A program made the translations under genes and the position numbers. Under the pieces are notes generated by a model. It saw nothing but the letters and a program-made list of their open reading frames with translations, searched no databases and was not told where the DNA came from. From Escherichia coli (lineage in GTDB: Bacteria > Pseudomonadota > Gammaproteobacteria > Enterobacterales > Enterobacteriaceae), in NCBI RefSeq assembly GCF_002854065.1, contig NZ_CP024147.1: 64,000 nucleotides of DNA; one strand, written 5' to 3'. Positions 48,667-60,101 of this stretch are shown here, one piece after another. Position 1 is the first letter of the stretch. Each line of letters starts with the position of its first letter.

Positions 48667-50058
48667 ATGTCTGTTTCCACCCTCGAGTCAGAAAATGCGC
48701 AACCGGTTGCGCAGACTCAAAACAGCGAACTGATTTACCGTCTTGAAGATCGTCCGCCGCTTCCTCAAACCCTGTTTGCCGCCTGTCAGCATTTGCTGGC
48801 AATGTTCGTTGCGGTGATCACGCCAGCGCTATTAATCTGCCAGGCGCTGGGTTTACCGGCACAAGACACGCAACACATTATTAGTATGTCGCTGTTTGCC
48901 TCCGGTGTGGCATCGATTATTCAAATTAAGGCCTGGGGTCCGGTTGGCTCCGGGCTGTTGTCTATTCAGGGCACCAGCTTCAACTTTGTTGCCCCGCTGA
49001 TTATGGGCGGTACCGCGCTGAAAACCGGTGGTGCTGATGTTCCTACCATGATGGCGGCTTTGTTCGGCACGTTGATGCTGGCAAGTTGCACCGAGATGGT
49101 GATCTCCCGTGTTCTGCATCTGGCGCGCCGCATTATTACGCCGCTGGTTTCTGGCGTTGTGGTGATGATTATCGGCCTGTCGCTAATTCAGGTGGGGCTG
49201 ACCTCAATTGGCGGCGGTTACGCAGCCATGAGCGATAACACCTTCGGCGCACCGAAAAATCTGCTGCTGGCAGGCGTGGTCTTAGCCTTAATTATCCTGC
49301 TTAACCGTCAACGTAACCCTTACTTACGCGTGGCCTCACTGGTGATTGCGATGGCGGCCGGATATGCGCTGGCGTGGTTTATGGGCATGTTGCCAGAAAG
49401 CAACGAACCGATGACGCAAGAACTGATTATGGTGCCAACGCCGCTCTATTACGGTCTTGGCATTGAATGGAGTCTGCTGCTGCCGCTGATGCTAGTCTTT
49501 ATGATCACTTCGCTGGAAACCATTGGCGATATCACGGCGACCTCTGACGTTTCCGAACAGCCAGTGTCCGGTCCGCTGTACATGAAACGCCTGAAAGGCG
49601 GCGTGCTGGCAAACGGCCTGAACTCGTTTGTTTCAGCGGTGTTTAACACCTTCCCGAACTCCTGCTTCGGGCAGAACAACGGAGTGATCCAGTTGACCGG
49701 TGTTGCCAGCCGCTATGTCGGTTTTGTCGTCGCGCTGATGTTGATCGTGCTGGGTCTGTTCCCGGCAGTGAGCGGTTTTGTACAACACATTCCAGAACCG
49801 GTTCTGGGCGGCGCAACGCTTGTAATGTTTGGCACCATCGCCGCCTCCGGTGTGCGTATCGTTTCTCGTGAGCCGCTGAACCGTCGGGCGATTCTGATTA
49901 TCGCCCTGTCGCTGGCGGTTGGTCTGGGCGTGTCTCAGCAGCCGCTGATTTTGCAGTTTGCCCCTGAATGGCTGAAAAACCTGCTCTCCTCCGGGATCGC
50001 CGCGGGCGGTATTACTGCCATCGTGCTGAATCTGATTTTCCCACCAGAAAAACAGTAA
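48667..50058 (+). CDS. xanP: Xanthine permease (NCS2 family)
   Basis: ORF track 48658..50058; start trimmed to [18 protein letters not shown]. Confidence 0.95.
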
Positions 50059-50064
50059 TTCACT

Positions 50065-50090
50065 GGCGGCGGTAAGATAATTACCGCCGC
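50065..50090 (+). terminator. Hairpin downstream of xanP (possible terminator, no U-tract)
   Basis: ggcggcggtaa-gataa-ttaccgccgc inverted repeat. Confidence 0.3.
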
Positions 50091-50178
50091 AGTCTCACCT
50101 CTTTCACCATTCCCGCCTTGAGGATTGCGCGTAAATCGTGCATAACTCCCTTATGTGCATTTCACGGGATGGAAGACC

Positions 50179-51888
50179 ATGAAATTTATTGGGAAGCTGC
50201 TTCTCTACATTCTCATCGCTCTGTTAGTGGTGATCGCTGGCCTCTATTTTCTTCTGCAAACCCGCTGGGGAGCAGAACATATCAGCGCATGGGTTTCCGA
50301 GAATAGCGACTATCATCTGGCCTTCGGGGCGATGGATCACCGTTTTTCCGCGCCATCTCATATCGTGCTGGAGAACGTCACGTTTGGTCGTGATGGTCAG
50401 CCCGTGACCCTGGTGGCAAAAAGTGTCGACATTGCGCTAAGCAGTCGGCAACTGACCGAACCACGCCATGTCGATACCATCCTGCTGGAAAACGGGACGC
50501 TGAATCTCACCGGCCAGACCGCGCCGCTACCGTTCAAAGCCGATCGTCTGCAACTGCGTGATATGGCGTTTAATAGCCCGAATAGCGAATGGAAACTGAG
50601 CGCGCAGCGGGTAAATGGCGGCGTGGTTCCGTGGTCACCAGAAGCCGGTAAAGTGCTGGGTATGAAAGCGCAGATTCAGTTTAGTGCCGGATCGCTTTCG
50701 CTCAATGATGTTCCTGCCACCAATGTACTGATTGAAGGCAGTATTGATAACGATCGCGTTACGCTGACTAACCTGGGTGCCGACATCGCGCGCGGGACAT
50801 TAACCGGAAACGCGCAGCGTAACGCCGACGGCAGCTGGCAAGTGGAAAATCTGCGCATGGCGGATATCCGTCTACAAAGCGAAAAATCGCTAACCGACTT
50901 CTTTGCGCCATTACGCTCTGTCCCGTCGTTGCAGATTGGTCGCCTGGAAGTGATCGATGCTCGTCTGCAAGGTCCGGACTGGGCGGTGACCGACCTCGAT
51001 CTCAGCTTGCGCAACATGACCTTCAGTAAAGATGACTGGCAGACACAGGAAGGCAAACTGTCGATGAACGCTAGCGAGTTCATTTATGGTTCGCTGCATT
51101 TATTTGACCCGATTATAAACGCGGAATTTTCCCCGCAGGGCGTAGCGCTGCGCCAGTTCACCAGCCGCTGGGAAGGGGGTATGGTCAGAACGTCAGGGAA
51201 CTGGCTGCGTGACGGGAAAACGTTGATCCTTGATGATGCGGCAATTGCCGGGCTGGAATATACCTTGCCGAAAAACTGGCAACAGTTGTGGATGGAAACG
51301 ACACCCGGCTGGTTAAACAGCCTGCAACTGAGGAGATTTAGCGCCAGCCGCAATCTGATCATTGATATCGACCCTGACTTCCCGTGGCAGCTCACCGCGC
51401 TCGATGGTTACGGTGCCAACCTGACGCTGGTTACCGATCATAAATGGGGCGTCTGGAGTGGTTCGGCGAATCTGAATGCCGCCGCCGCGACGTTTAATCG
51501 TGTTGATGTCCGTCGTCCGTCTCTGGCGCTAACCGCCAACAGCAGCACGGTGAATATCAGCGAACTGAGTGCATTTACTGAAAAAGGCATTCTGGAAGCC
51601 ACTGCCAGTGTTTCACAAACGCCACAACGTCAGACCCATATCAGCCTGAATGGACGCGGTGTGCCGGTGAATATTTTGCAACAGTGGGGATGGCCTGAAT
51701 TACCGTTGACTGGCGACGGCAATATTCAGCTTACCGCCAGTGGCGATATTCAGGCCAATGTCCCGTTGAAACCTACGGTTAGCGGGCAATTGCATGCCAT
51801 GAACGCCGCAAAGCAGCAAGTGACTCAAACCATGAATGCGGGCGTAGTTTCCAGTGGTGAAGTTACGTCGGCAGAGCTGGTGCAGTAA
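50179..51888 (+). CDS. yicH: AsmA-family protein
   Basis: ORF track 50155..51888; start trimmed to MKFIGKLLLYILIALLVVIAGL (N-terminal TM anchor). Confidence 0.92.
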   Translation: MKFIGKLLLYILIALLVVIAGLYFLLQTRWGAEHISAWVSENSDYHLAFGAMDHRFSAPSHIVLENVTFGRDGQPVTLVAKSVDIALSSRQLTEPRHVDTILLENGTLNLTGQTAPLPFKADRLQLRDMAFNSPNSEWKLSAQRVNGGVVPWSPEAGKVLGMKAQIQFSAGSLSLNDVPATNVLIEGSIDNDRVTLTNLGADIARGTLTGNAQRNADGSWQVENLRMADIRLQSEKSLTDFFAPLRSVPSLQIGRLEVIDARLQGPDWAVTDLDLSLRNMTFSKDDWQTQEGKLSMNASEFIYGSLHLFDPIINAEFSPQGVALRQFTSRWEGGMVRTSGNWLRDGKTLILDDAAIAGLEYTLPKNWQQLWMETTPGWLNSLQLRRFSASRNLIIDIDPDFPWQLTALDGYGANLTLVTDHKWGVWSGSANLNAAAATFNRVDVRRPSLALTANSSTVNISELSAFTEKGILEATASVSQTPQRQTHISLNGRGVPVNILQQWGWPELPLTGDGNIQLTASGDIQANVPLKPTVSGQLHAMNAAKQQVTQTMNAGVVSSGEVTSAELVQ

Positions 51889-51899
51889 ACATCAATCTC

Positions 51900-51926
51900 G
51901 CCGGGTACGACTCAGACGTACCCGGC
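51900..51926. terminator. Bidirectional hairpin between convergent yicH and yicI
   Basis: gccgggtacg-actcaga-cgtacccggc perfect inverted repeat. Confidence 0.5.
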
Positions 51927-51940
51927 ATTCCATCAATAGA

Positions 51941-54259
51941 TTACAACGTAATTGTCAGCGCATTCCCTTGAGGCGTCACCACCAGCCCCTGCTCACTTTC
52001 AGCCTGCGAACCGCCTTGCAGACCATTTACTTTCACAATATTGCGCAAGCACAGTGTCCAGTTCCTCGCCTCGCCCGCACCAGTCACAGTAATCGTGTTA
52101 CCAGTACGTGTTGCTTTTAGAGTAAAGATCACCGAACCGTCAGCAGCGGGCACTTCACAGACAGCTTCATGCCCGTCTTGCAGATTAAAGAGCTGGAATG
52201 CCGTGCCTTCGTGCCACGCGTAATCGGGACGTTGATCGTTGTTGCCCAGCGCCAGTAGGGTGTTATCACGCACATAAACGGGCAGACTCAGGAAGCCGTG
52301 CTGCTGTTTATGCCAGCGACTACCGTCGAGCTCATCATTGTGCCACAGGTGTGTCCAGCGACCTTCCGGCAAGTAGAACTGCACCTCGCCCGCCTCAGTG
52401 AACACCGGAGCAACCATCACGTTGTCGCCTAGCATGTATTGACGGTCAAGGTAATCACAAGCCGGATCGTCCGGGAACTCCATCATCATGGCCCGCATCA
52501 TCGGCGTACCCCGCGCGTTCGCACGCGCAGCTTCACGATACAGATACGGCATCATGCGGCATTTCAGTTGCGTGAAGAAGCGCACCACATCACAGGACTC
52601 ATCATCGTAGGCCCACGGCACACGATAAGATTTGCTGCCATGTAAACGACTATGGCTGGAGAGCAAACCAAACGCGCACCAGCGTTTGTAAACGTGCGCC
52701 GGCGCGGTATTCTCAAAGCCGCCGATATCGTGGCTCCAGAAGCCAAAACCTGAAAGGCCAATAGACAAACCACCGCGCAGGCTTTCCGCCATTGATTCGT
52801 AGTTAGCGTAACAGTCGCCACCCCAGTGTACCGGGAATTTCTGCGCACCGACGGAGGCCGAGCGGGCAAACAAGACAGCTTCTTCCTCACCAACGGTGTC
52901 CTTGAGCACGTTCCACACCAGTTCGTTGTAGATGTACGCATAATGGTTATGCATTTTCTGCGGATCGGAACCGTCAAACCACTGAACATCGGTTGGGATA
53001 CGTTCGCCAAAGTCGGTCTTAAAGCAATCAACGCCCATCGCGACCAGACCTTTCAGTTTGTCGGCGTACCATTTGCAGGCATCCGGATTGGTAAAGTCAT
53101 AAATCGCCAGACCTGGCTGCCATTTATCCCACTGCCACAGCGAACCGTCCGGACGTTTGAGTAAATAACCTTTCTCTTGTAACTCTTTAAAGACGGGGGA
53201 TTTTTGCCCGATATAGGGGTTAATCCAGACGCAGATTTTCAGCCCTTTCGCTTTCAGGCGGCGGATCATCCCTTCCGGGTCCGGGAAAGTCAGCGGGTCC
53301 CACTCAAAATCGCACCACTGGAAGGCTTTCATCCAGAAACAGTCAAAGTGGAAAACATGCAGCGGCAGATTGCGTTCAGCCATACCATCGATAAAGCTGT
53401 TTACCGTCGCTTCGTCGTAGTTGGTGGTAAATGATGTGGTTAGCCACAGGCCGAAGGACCATGCGGGCGGCAGCGCCGGACGACCAGTAAAACGGGTATA
53501 ACGATCAAGTACCGCTTTCGGCGTCGGACCGTCGATAACAAAGTATTCGAGATATTCGCTCTCAACGCTGAACTGCACTTTGGAGACTTTCTCCGATCCC
53601 ACTTCAAAAGAGACACACTGGGGGTGATTGACCAGCACCCCATAGCCACGGTTAGTCATATAGAACGGGATATTTTTATACGCCTGTTCAGTACTTGTGC
53701 CGCCGTCCCGGTTCCAGGTTTCTACCGTCTGACCATTGCGCACCAGGGCAGTAAAGCGCTCTCCCAGACCATAAACTGTTTCGCCAACGCCAAGATCAAG
53801 CCGCTCAAACATATAATTTCGTTGATTATTCGTGTCCTGCACGTAGCCATTATTTTTCACCTGACTACCGGTAATACGTTCACCGTTGCGCAGAAAATCG
53901 AGTGACCAGAACTCACCTTTGCTGACACGCGCGCTTAAGTTGCCACTTTTAAACTCAGCATAACGTTCTGTGTTTTCGATTGTGACCTTCACATCCTGCA
54001 AAATATTGAGCGGATAATGAGGACCGTTATTCAGCGCCCCCTGAAAATGCTCAATCCGCACCCCGACAATACCTTCCTGTGGGGAGAAAAAGCGCAGCGT
54101 AAATAAAGGCGTATCAAGCTGCCAGGTACGTTCACGCACATCACGGGGGGCAGCATAGACCACCATTTCATTACCCTGCTGTTCAACCTCGAACACCTGA
54201 AGCGGGTGAATCAAATTGAGGCCAGGTTGAATCAACCAGTTTCCATCGCTAATTTTCAT
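51941..54259 (-). CDS. yicI: Alpha-xylosidase (GH31)
   Basis: ORF track 51941..54259 (772 aa); GH31 family translation; yicJ-yicI operon. Confidence 0.95.
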   Translation of the reverse strand: MKISDGNWLIQPGLNLIHPLQVFEVEQQGNEMVVYAAPRDVRERTWQLDTPLFTLRFFSPQEGIVGVRIEHFQGALNNGPHYPLNILQDVKVTIENTERYAEFKSGNLSARVSKGEFWSLDFLRNGERITGSQVKNNGYVQDTNNQRNYMFERLDLGVGETVYGLGERFTALVRNGQTVETWNRDGGTSTEQAYKNIPFYMTNRGYGVLVNHPQCVSFEVGSEKVSKVQFSVESEYLEYFVIDGPTPKAVLDRYTRFTGRPALPPAWSFGLWLTTSFTTNYDEATVNSFIDGMAERNLPLHVFHFDCFWMKAFQWCDFEWDPLTFPDPEGMIRRLKAKGLKICVWINPYIGQKSPVFKELQEKGYLLKRPDGSLWQWDKWQPGLAIYDFTNPDACKWYADKLKGLVAMGVDCFKTDFGERIPTDVQWFDGSDPQKMHNHYAYIYNELVWNVLKDTVGEEEAVLFARSASVGAQKFPVHWGGDCYANYESMAESLRGGLSIGLSGFGFWSHDIGGFENTAPAHVYKRWCAFGLLSSHSRLHGSKSYRVPWAYDDESCDVVRFFTQLKCRMMPYLYREAARANARGTPMMRAMMMEFPDDPACDYLDRQYMLGDNVMVAPVFTEAGEVQFYLPEGRWTHLWHNDELDGSRWHKQQHGFLSLPVYVRDNTLLALGNNDQRPDYAWHEGTAFQLFNLQDGHEAVCEVPAADGSVIFTLKATRTGNTITVTGAGEARNWTLCLRNIVKVNGLQGGSQAESEQGLVVTPQGNALTITL

Positions 54260-54268
54260 TGCCGTTCC

Positions 54269-55651
54269 TTAGTTCTGCACTTCTTGAGAGGTGAATTGTT
54301 GCTGGCAACGGCGTTTACCCTGAGCCAGCTGTTCCATAACGGTTTTCAGATTGTGCGTCGTGAGTGAGTAGTAGCGTTTAGCGATAATCGCGCTCAGCAA
54401 ATAACAGATCGCCGGAACAATCGTGAATAGCGCGATAATGATGCTAATCGTGGCGCTGTTCTGCGCTTTTTCTGCCGCATCATATCCGCCATAAGCCAGC
54501 ATCCAGCCGATAAGAGCGCCGCCGAAGGCCAACCCCAGTTTGAGCACAAACAGCGTGCCAGCAAAACTGATCCCGGTCAGGCGTTTACCATTGCACCACT
54601 CGCCGTAGTCGACGGTATCGGACATCATTACCCACTGGATAGGTGTCACCAGTTGATGCAACACACCAATCACGAAGATGAAGACAAACATAGTGATGCT
54701 GGCCTGCATGGGAACAAAGAACATCGCGAGGCTAATCACTGCCAGCAGGGCGTTCGTCCACCAGAAAATAGTGACTTTACATTTCCAGTCGGTCAGCGGT
54801 TTTGCCAGTGCGGAACCAATCAGGTTACCCACGCAATAAGTGGTGAGAAAAGCGACAAACACTTCCGGCGTACCCAAAATCCATGTGACGTAATACATCA
54901 TCGCCCCACCGCGTACGCACACCGCCAGGATATTGAAAATGGTTAGTAAACCGACAATCCGCCACTGGTCGTTTTGCCAGATATCACGTAAATCTTCCCG
55001 CATAGACGTCGTTGTAGGTGGTGCTTCAATGCGTTCTTTAGTAGTGAAGAAACAGAATGCCAGCATCATGAATGCCACCACGGAAAGGACCGCGATACCG
55101 CCCTGGAAACCGAGTGGTTTATTATCACCACCAATTAAATTAACCAGTGGCATCATCAGAACAGTAGAGAGCATGCCTCCCGCGGTCGCCAGCACAAAAC
55201 GCCAGGATTGCAGCGAGATACGCTGAGTCGGGTCATTGGTGATTACACCACCCAATGCGCAGTAAGGGATATTGACGACGGTATAAAGTAAGGTAAGTAG
55301 GGTGTAAGTAATTGCTGCATAGATCATTTTACCGTTCATACTGAGATCTGGCGTGCTATAGGCCAGTACACAGACGATCCCGAATGGCAGTGCGCCAAAC
55401 AGTACCCACGGACGAAATTTACCCCAGCGAGAGCGCGTTCGATCGGCCAACAACCCCATGCAAGGATCGGAAATCGCATCCAGTGCACGAGCGACCAAAA
55501 ACATAGTTACGACAAATCCGGCAGGAATGCCAAAAATATCGGTATAAAAGAACATCATATATAACATTACGTTATCGAAAATAATGTGGCTGGCGGCGTC
55601 TCCCATGCCATAACCAATTTTCTCTTTAACGGACAACACTTCACTCTTCAT
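54269..55651 (-). CDS. yicJ: GPH-family sugar:cation symporter
   Basis: ORF track 54269..55708; start trimmed to MKSEVLSVKEKIGYGMGDAASHIIF. Confidence 0.93.
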   Translation of the reverse strand: MKSEVLSVKEKIGYGMGDAASHIIFDNVMLYMMFFYTDIFGIPAGFVVTMFLVARALDAISDPCMGLLADRTRSRWGKFRPWVLFGALPFGIVCVLAYSTPDLSMNGKMIYAAITYTLLTLLYTVVNIPYCALGGVITNDPTQRISLQSWRFVLATAGGMLSTVLMMPLVNLIGGDNKPLGFQGGIAVLSVVAFMMLAFCFFTTKERIEAPPTTTSMREDLRDIWQNDQWRIVGLLTIFNILAVCVRGGAMMYYVTWILGTPEVFVAFLTTYCVGNLIGSALAKPLTDWKCKVTIFWWTNALLAVISLAMFFVPMQASITMFVFIFVIGVLHQLVTPIQWVMMSDTVDYGEWCNGKRLTGISFAGTLFVLKLGLAFGGALIGWMLAYGGYDAAEKAQNSATISIIIALFTIVPAICYLLSAIIAKRYYSLTTHNLKTVMEQLAQGKRRCQQQFTSQEVQN

Positions 55652-55879
55652 CTGCTTTTCCTTGATGCTATAGGGGTGCTGAGACCGATAACGCATTTTG
55701 TAAACCATCCCTGTGAGAGCGAATATTCCGATATCTGGTTATTAATTTATGATTCTTGTTTTATGTGATCGTGGTAGCGTTAATTCCGCTCATATATCAT
55801 TGTAAAATATGGGTTTTATATGAACTATAATGCTTTCGTGATAATACTCTGCGTGTATTAGGCGGAAAAAACTGATCTG

Positions 55880-55915
55880 GGGGATGTAGAAACTCAAGGA
55901 AGTAGCTATAATGCG
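55880..55915 (+). promoter_or_regulatory. Putative selC promoter (-10 TATAAT with GC-rich discriminator)
   Basis: tataat at 55907..55912 followed by gcgccccgcc; about 20 bp upstream of the mature tRNA 5' end. Confidence 0.4.
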
Positions 55916-55933
55916 CCCCGCCTCCATGTAGCA

Positions 55934-56028
55934 ATCGAGGCGCGGAAGATCGTCGTCTCCGGTGAGGCGGCTGGACTTCAAATCCAGTTGGGGCCGCCAG
56001 CGGTCCCGGGCAGGTTCGACTCCTGTGA
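55934..56028 (+). tRNA. selC: tRNA-Sec (selenocysteine, UCA anticodon)
   Basis: 95-nt sequence ggaagatcgtcgtctccggtgaggcggctggacttcaaatccagttggggccgccagcggtcccgggcaggttcgactcctgtgatcttccgcca; long variable arm, anticodon loop cttcaaa. Confidence 0.97.
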
Positions 56029-56674
56029 TCTTCCGCCAAAATGCCTCTTCTGACGTTCTCCAATCCCTTGTAATACTGTCAATCCAGAGATTTTCTACTG
56101 CTCAATATTCAATCGGCTTCAGGAATACCTGATCAAAGGTTTTGTGATGGACGATGAGCGACTGAAGAATCCGCCTGTCGGTTCTTCTGTCCTCGAACGC
56201 ATCCGCGATATTCGCGCCAGCATGCGCCGTGTTTATTTGCAGGTGATTTGCCCCCCTGCTGACTCTCAGCCAACTGTATCGCCATTAAGGTGAAGATGTT
56301 GTTTTACACGCTTCTGCACACCCTTTTTTATACGACTGTTCTATTCCTTTAACAGCTGGCAAAAAAACTGACCTATAAACTTCACCAATAATCAGACTGC
56401 CATTAAGATTAATTTGTTCATTTAATATATCAAATCAACTTGTTTTATTTTTACTATCAAAAATAGCTCATTGCCTTACTATAATTAATATATAAATTCG
56501 GTGATTAATTCTTAACATGCTTTTGCTAATAATCTCAATTGCTGGCCCTATAATATTGCGCTAGCATTGTTTTCTGGTTGTATCAGCGATACTCAAAAAT
56601 TCTTAATACAATACTCATTCGACTGGTACTTATTTGTAACTCAGTTATATTTTGTCGCCCGGTGATTCAGAAGA

Positions 56675-57859
56675 ATGCAAAAAACGGCTACCACTCCATC
56701 AAAAATACTTGATCTCACTGCCGCGGCATTTTTACTTGTCGCCTTTCTGACGGGTATTGCGGGCGCTCTCCAGACTCCCACCCTAAGTATATTCCTCGCA
56801 GATGAACTGAAAGCCCGTCCTATAATGGTAGGTTTTTTCTTCACCGGTAGCGCTATTATGGGAATTCTGGTCAGTCAATTTCTGGCAAGGCACTCCGATA
56901 AACAAGGCGACCGTAAATTACTGATTCTGCTATGTTGCTTATTTGGAGTGCTGGCCTGCACGCTTTTTGCGTGGAATCGCAACTACTTCATTCTCCTCTC
57001 AACGGGCGTACTTCTGAGTAGTTTTGCTTCTACCGCAAACCCGCAAATGTTCGCCCTCGCCCGTGAACACGCCGACAGAACAGGCCGTGAGACGGTCATG
57101 TTCAGTACATTTTTACGTGCTCAGATCTCGCTTGCCTGGGTTATCGGGCCACCGCTCGCTTATGAACTGGCAATGGGATTTAGTTTTAAAGTGATGTATC
57201 TCACCGCTGCCATCGCATTTGTTGTTTGCGGGCTGATAGTCTGGTTGTTTTTGCCATCAATACAAAGACATGTTCCTGTCGTTACCCAACCCGTAGAAAT
57301 TTTACCCTCCACCCATAGGAAGCGGGATACGCGGCTACTTTTTGTGGTCTGTTCAATGATGTGGGCGGCGAATAATCTCTACATGATAAATATGCCGCTA
57401 TTTATTATTGATGAACTGCATCTAACCGATAAACTGGCTGGAGAAATGATTGGTATCGCTGCCGGTCTGGAAATTCCGATGATGTTAATCGCAGGCTATT
57501 ACATGAAACGTATTGGCAAGCGACTATTAATGATCATTGCTATCGTGAGTGGAATGTGTTTTTACGCCAGCGTACTCATGGCGACGACTCCGGCAGTTGA
57601 GCTGGAATTGCAAATTCTTAACGCCATCTTCCTTGGTATTCTCTGTGGTATCGGCATGCTTTATTTTCAGGACCTGATGCCTGAAAAAATAGGCTCTGCG
57701 ACAACGTTATATGCAAATACTTCACGCGTCGGCTGGATTATCGCCGGCTCTGTTGACGGAATTATGGTTGAAATCTGGAGCTACCACGCGTTGTTCTGGC
57801 TGGCGATAGGGATGTTGGGTATTGCGATGATTTGCTTGCTGTTTATTAAAGATATTTAG
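56675..57859 (+). CDS. setC: MFS sugar efflux transporter
   Basis: ORF track 56675..57859 (394 aa); 12-TM MFS translation; located about 650 bp downstream of selC as recalled for setC (yicK). Confidence 0.92.
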   Translation: MQKTATTPSKILDLTAAAFLLVAFLTGIAGALQTPTLSIFLADELKARPIMVGFFFTGSAIMGILVSQFLARHSDKQGDRKLLILLCCLFGVLACTLFAWNRNYFILLSTGVLLSSFASTANPQMFALAREHADRTGRETVMFSTFLRAQISLAWVIGPPLAYELAMGFSFKVMYLTAAIAFVVCGLIVWLFLPSIQRHVPVVTQPVEILPSTHRKRDTRLLFVVCSMMWAANNLYMINMPLFIIDELHLTDKLAGEMIGIAAGLEIPMMLIAGYYMKRIGKRLLMIIAIVSGMCFYASVLMATTPAVELELQILNAIFLGILCGIGMLYFQDLMPEKIGSATTLYANTSRVGWIIAGSVDGIMVEIWSYHALFWLAIGMLGIAMICLLFIKDI

Positions 57860-57969
57860 CTCACCAGTCTGGACTAAGAAAAATCGGCGTGGCGCAAACA
57901 GAGCCATCCTCGCCATTTTTGCTATCATGCCTGCATACATAAACGACAAAACAGTATGCAGAGGGAAAA

Positions 57970-58893
57970 ATGGGTTCCACCAGAAAGGGGATGCTGAACG
58001 TTCTGATTGCCGCCGTGTTGTGGGGAAGTTCAGGGGTCTGCGCGCAATACATCATGGAGCAAAGCCAGATGTCGTCGCAGTTTTTGACTATGACGCGTTT
58101 GATATTCGCCGGTTTGATTCTGCTGACGCTGTCATTTGTTCATGGCGATAAAATTTTTTCTATTATTAACAATCACAAAGATGCCATTAGTCTGCTGATT
58201 TTTTCCGTGGTTGGCGCGCTAACCGTACAGCTCACCTTTTTACTGACCATCGAAAAATCGAATGCTGCCACGGCAACGGTGTTGCAATTCCTCTCACCGA
58301 CGATTATCGTCGCCTGGTTCTCACTGGTACGTAAATCGCGTCCGGGCATTCTGGTTTTTTGCGCTATTTTGACATCGCTGGTCGGGACTTTTTTATTGGT
58401 GACACACGGTAATCCGACGTCATTATCGATCTCTCCTGCCGCGTTATTCTGGGGAATTGCCTCGGCATTTGCTGCGGCATTCTATACCACCTATCCCTCA
58501 ACGCTGATTGCCCGCTATGGCACGTTACCAGTCGTCGGCTGGAGTATGCTGATTGGCGGTCTGATTCTGTTGCCTTTTTATGCCAGACAAGGAACAAACT
58601 TTGTCGTTAACGGCAGTTTGATTCTGGCGTTTTTTTATTTGGTGGTCATTGGTACATCTCTGACATTTAGCCTGTACCTGAAAGGAGCACAATTAATTGG
58701 CGGTCCAAAAGCCAGCATTTTAAGCTGTGCAGAACCATTAAGTAGCGCGCTGCTCTCTTTGCTGTTGCTGGGGATCACGTTCACATTGCCGGACTGGCTG
58801 GGAACGCTGCTGATTCTGTCATCGGTAATTTTGATTTCAATGGATTCCCGTCGCCGCGCCAGAAAAATAAATCGTCCAGCGCGGCATGAGTGA
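57970..58893 (+). CDS. yicL: DMT/EamA-family inner-membrane transporter
   Basis: ORF track 57970..58893 (307 aa). Confidence 0.92.
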   Translation: MGSTRKGMLNVLIAAVLWGSSGVCAQYIMEQSQMSSQFLTMTRLIFAGLILLTLSFVHGDKIFSIINNHKDAISLLIFSVVGALTVQLTFLLTIEKSNAATATVLQFLSPTIIVAWFSLVRKSRPGILVFCAILTSLVGTFLLVTHGNPTSLSISPAALFWGIASAFAAAFYTTYPSTLIARYGTLPVVGWSMLIGGLILLPFYARQGTNFVVNGSLILAFFYLVVIGTSLTFSLYLKGAQLIGGPKASILSCAEPLSSALLSLLLLGITFTLPDWLGTLLILSSVILISMDSRRRARKINRPARHE

Positions 58894-58896
58894 GAA

Positions 58897-59325
58897 TTAC
58901 CAGCCAGGCACCGCGCCACCGTTAAAGATGGTTTCTGCCGCTTTTGCGACTTCGGGTGATTGATAAGATTGCAGAAATTCCTTCACGTTTTCTGCATTCT
59001 TATTATCTTCCCGTGCCACCAAAATATTCACATACGGCGAATTTTTATCTTCAATAAATACGCTGTCGTGCACCGGAGAAAGCCCGGTCTGCTGAATGTA
59101 AGTGGTGCTGATAATCGCCACATCAACTTTGGGATCATCCAGTACGCGCGGGAGCTGCGCCCCCTCGAGTTCCATAATCTGCAAATGACGAGGATTCTCG
59201 GTTATATCCAGCGCGGTAGGTAGTAACCCTTTTCCCTCTTTCAGAGTAATTAGCTTCTCTTTTTGCAACAGTAAAAGCGCGCGACCAAGGTTGGTCGGAT
59301 CGTTGGGGATCGCCACTGTCGCGCC
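58897..59325 (-). pseudogene. nlpA: Truncated nlpA (lipoprotein-28, methionine-binding family): only the C-terminal half, 5' part replaced by IS1
   Basis: ORF track 58897..59316 (139 aa) matches the recalled NlpA C-terminus (AIPNDPTNLGRALLLLQKEKLITLKEG...GGAVPGW); the frame continues upstream directly into the IS1 terminal repeat; no signal peptide or lipobox present. Confidence 0.85.
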
Positions 59326-59380
59326 GGTGATGCTGCCAACTTACTGATTTAGTGTATGATGGTGTTTTTGAGGTGCTCCA

Positions 59381-59656
59381 GTGGCTTCTGTTTCTATCAG
59401 CTGTCCCTCCTGTTCAGCTACTGACGGGGTGGTGCGTAACGGCAAAAGCACTGCCGGACATCAGCGCTATCTCTGCTCTCACTGCCGTAAAACATGGCAA
59501 CTGCAGTTCACTTACACCGCTTCTCAACCCGGTACGCACCAGAAAATCATTGATATGGCCATGAATGGCGTTGGATGCCGGGCAACCGCCCGCATTATGG
59601 GCGTTGGCCTCAACACGATTTTCCGCCATTTAAAAAACTCAGGCCGCAGTCGGTAA
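59381..59656 (+). CDS. insA: IS1 InsA (DNA-binding inhibitor/transposase N-part)
   Basis: ORF track 59381..59656 (91 aa); [40 protein letters not shown]. Confidence 0.95.
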   Translation: MASVSISCPSCSATDGVVRNGKSTAGHQRYLCSHCRKTWQLQFTYTASQPGTHQKIIDMAMNGVGCRATARIMGVGLNTIFRHLKNSGRSR

Positions 59657-60078
59657 CCTCGCGCATACAGCCGGGCAGTGACGTCATCGTCTGCGCGGAA
59701 ATGGACGAACAGTGGGGATACGTCGGGGCTAAATCGCGCCAGCGCTGGCTGTTTTACGCGTATGACAGGCTCCGGAAGACGGTTGTTGCGCACGTATTCG
59801 GTGAACGCACTATGGCGACGCTGGGGCGTCTTATGAGCCTGCTGTCACCCTTTGACGTGGTGATATGGATGACGGATGGCTGGCCGCTGTATGAATCCCG
59901 CCTGAAGGGAAAGCTGCACGTAATCAGCAAGCGATATACGCAGCGAATTGAGCGGCATAACCTGAATCTGAGGCAGCACCTGGCACGGCTGGGACGGAAG
60001 TCGCTGTCGTTCTCAAAATCGGTGGAGCTGCATGACAAAGTCATCGGGCATTATCTGAACATAAAACACTATCAATAA
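59575..60078 (+). CDS. insB: IS1 InsB frame (expressed as the InsAB' transposase by -1 frameshifting)
   Basis: ORF track 59575..60078 (167 aa) in the -1 frame relative to insA, overlapping its 3' end. Confidence 0.9.
   Translation: MPGNRPHYGRWPQHDFPPFKKLRPQSVTSRIQPGSDVIVCAEMDEQWGYVGAKSRQRWLFYAYDRLRKTVVAHVFGERTMATLGRLMSLLSPFDVVIWMTDGWPLYESRLKGKLHVISKRYTQRIERHNLNLRQHLARLGRKSLSFSKSVELHDKVIGHYLNIKHYQ
59632..59638 (+). other. IS1 programmed -1 ribosomal frameshift motif (A6C)
   Basis: tttaaaaaac within the insA/insB overlap. Confidence 0.7.
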
Positions 60079-60101
60079 GTTGGAGTCATTACCTAGACGA
60101 C

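Larger units (their letters stand above)
59326..60093 (+). mobile_element. IS1 insertion sequence, complete (768 bp)
   Basis: Left end ggtgatgctgccaacttactgat, right end atcaataagttggagtcattacc (terminal inverted repeats); insA and insB frames present; no flanking direct repeat (left tgtcgcgcc vs right tagacgact). Confidence 0.97.
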
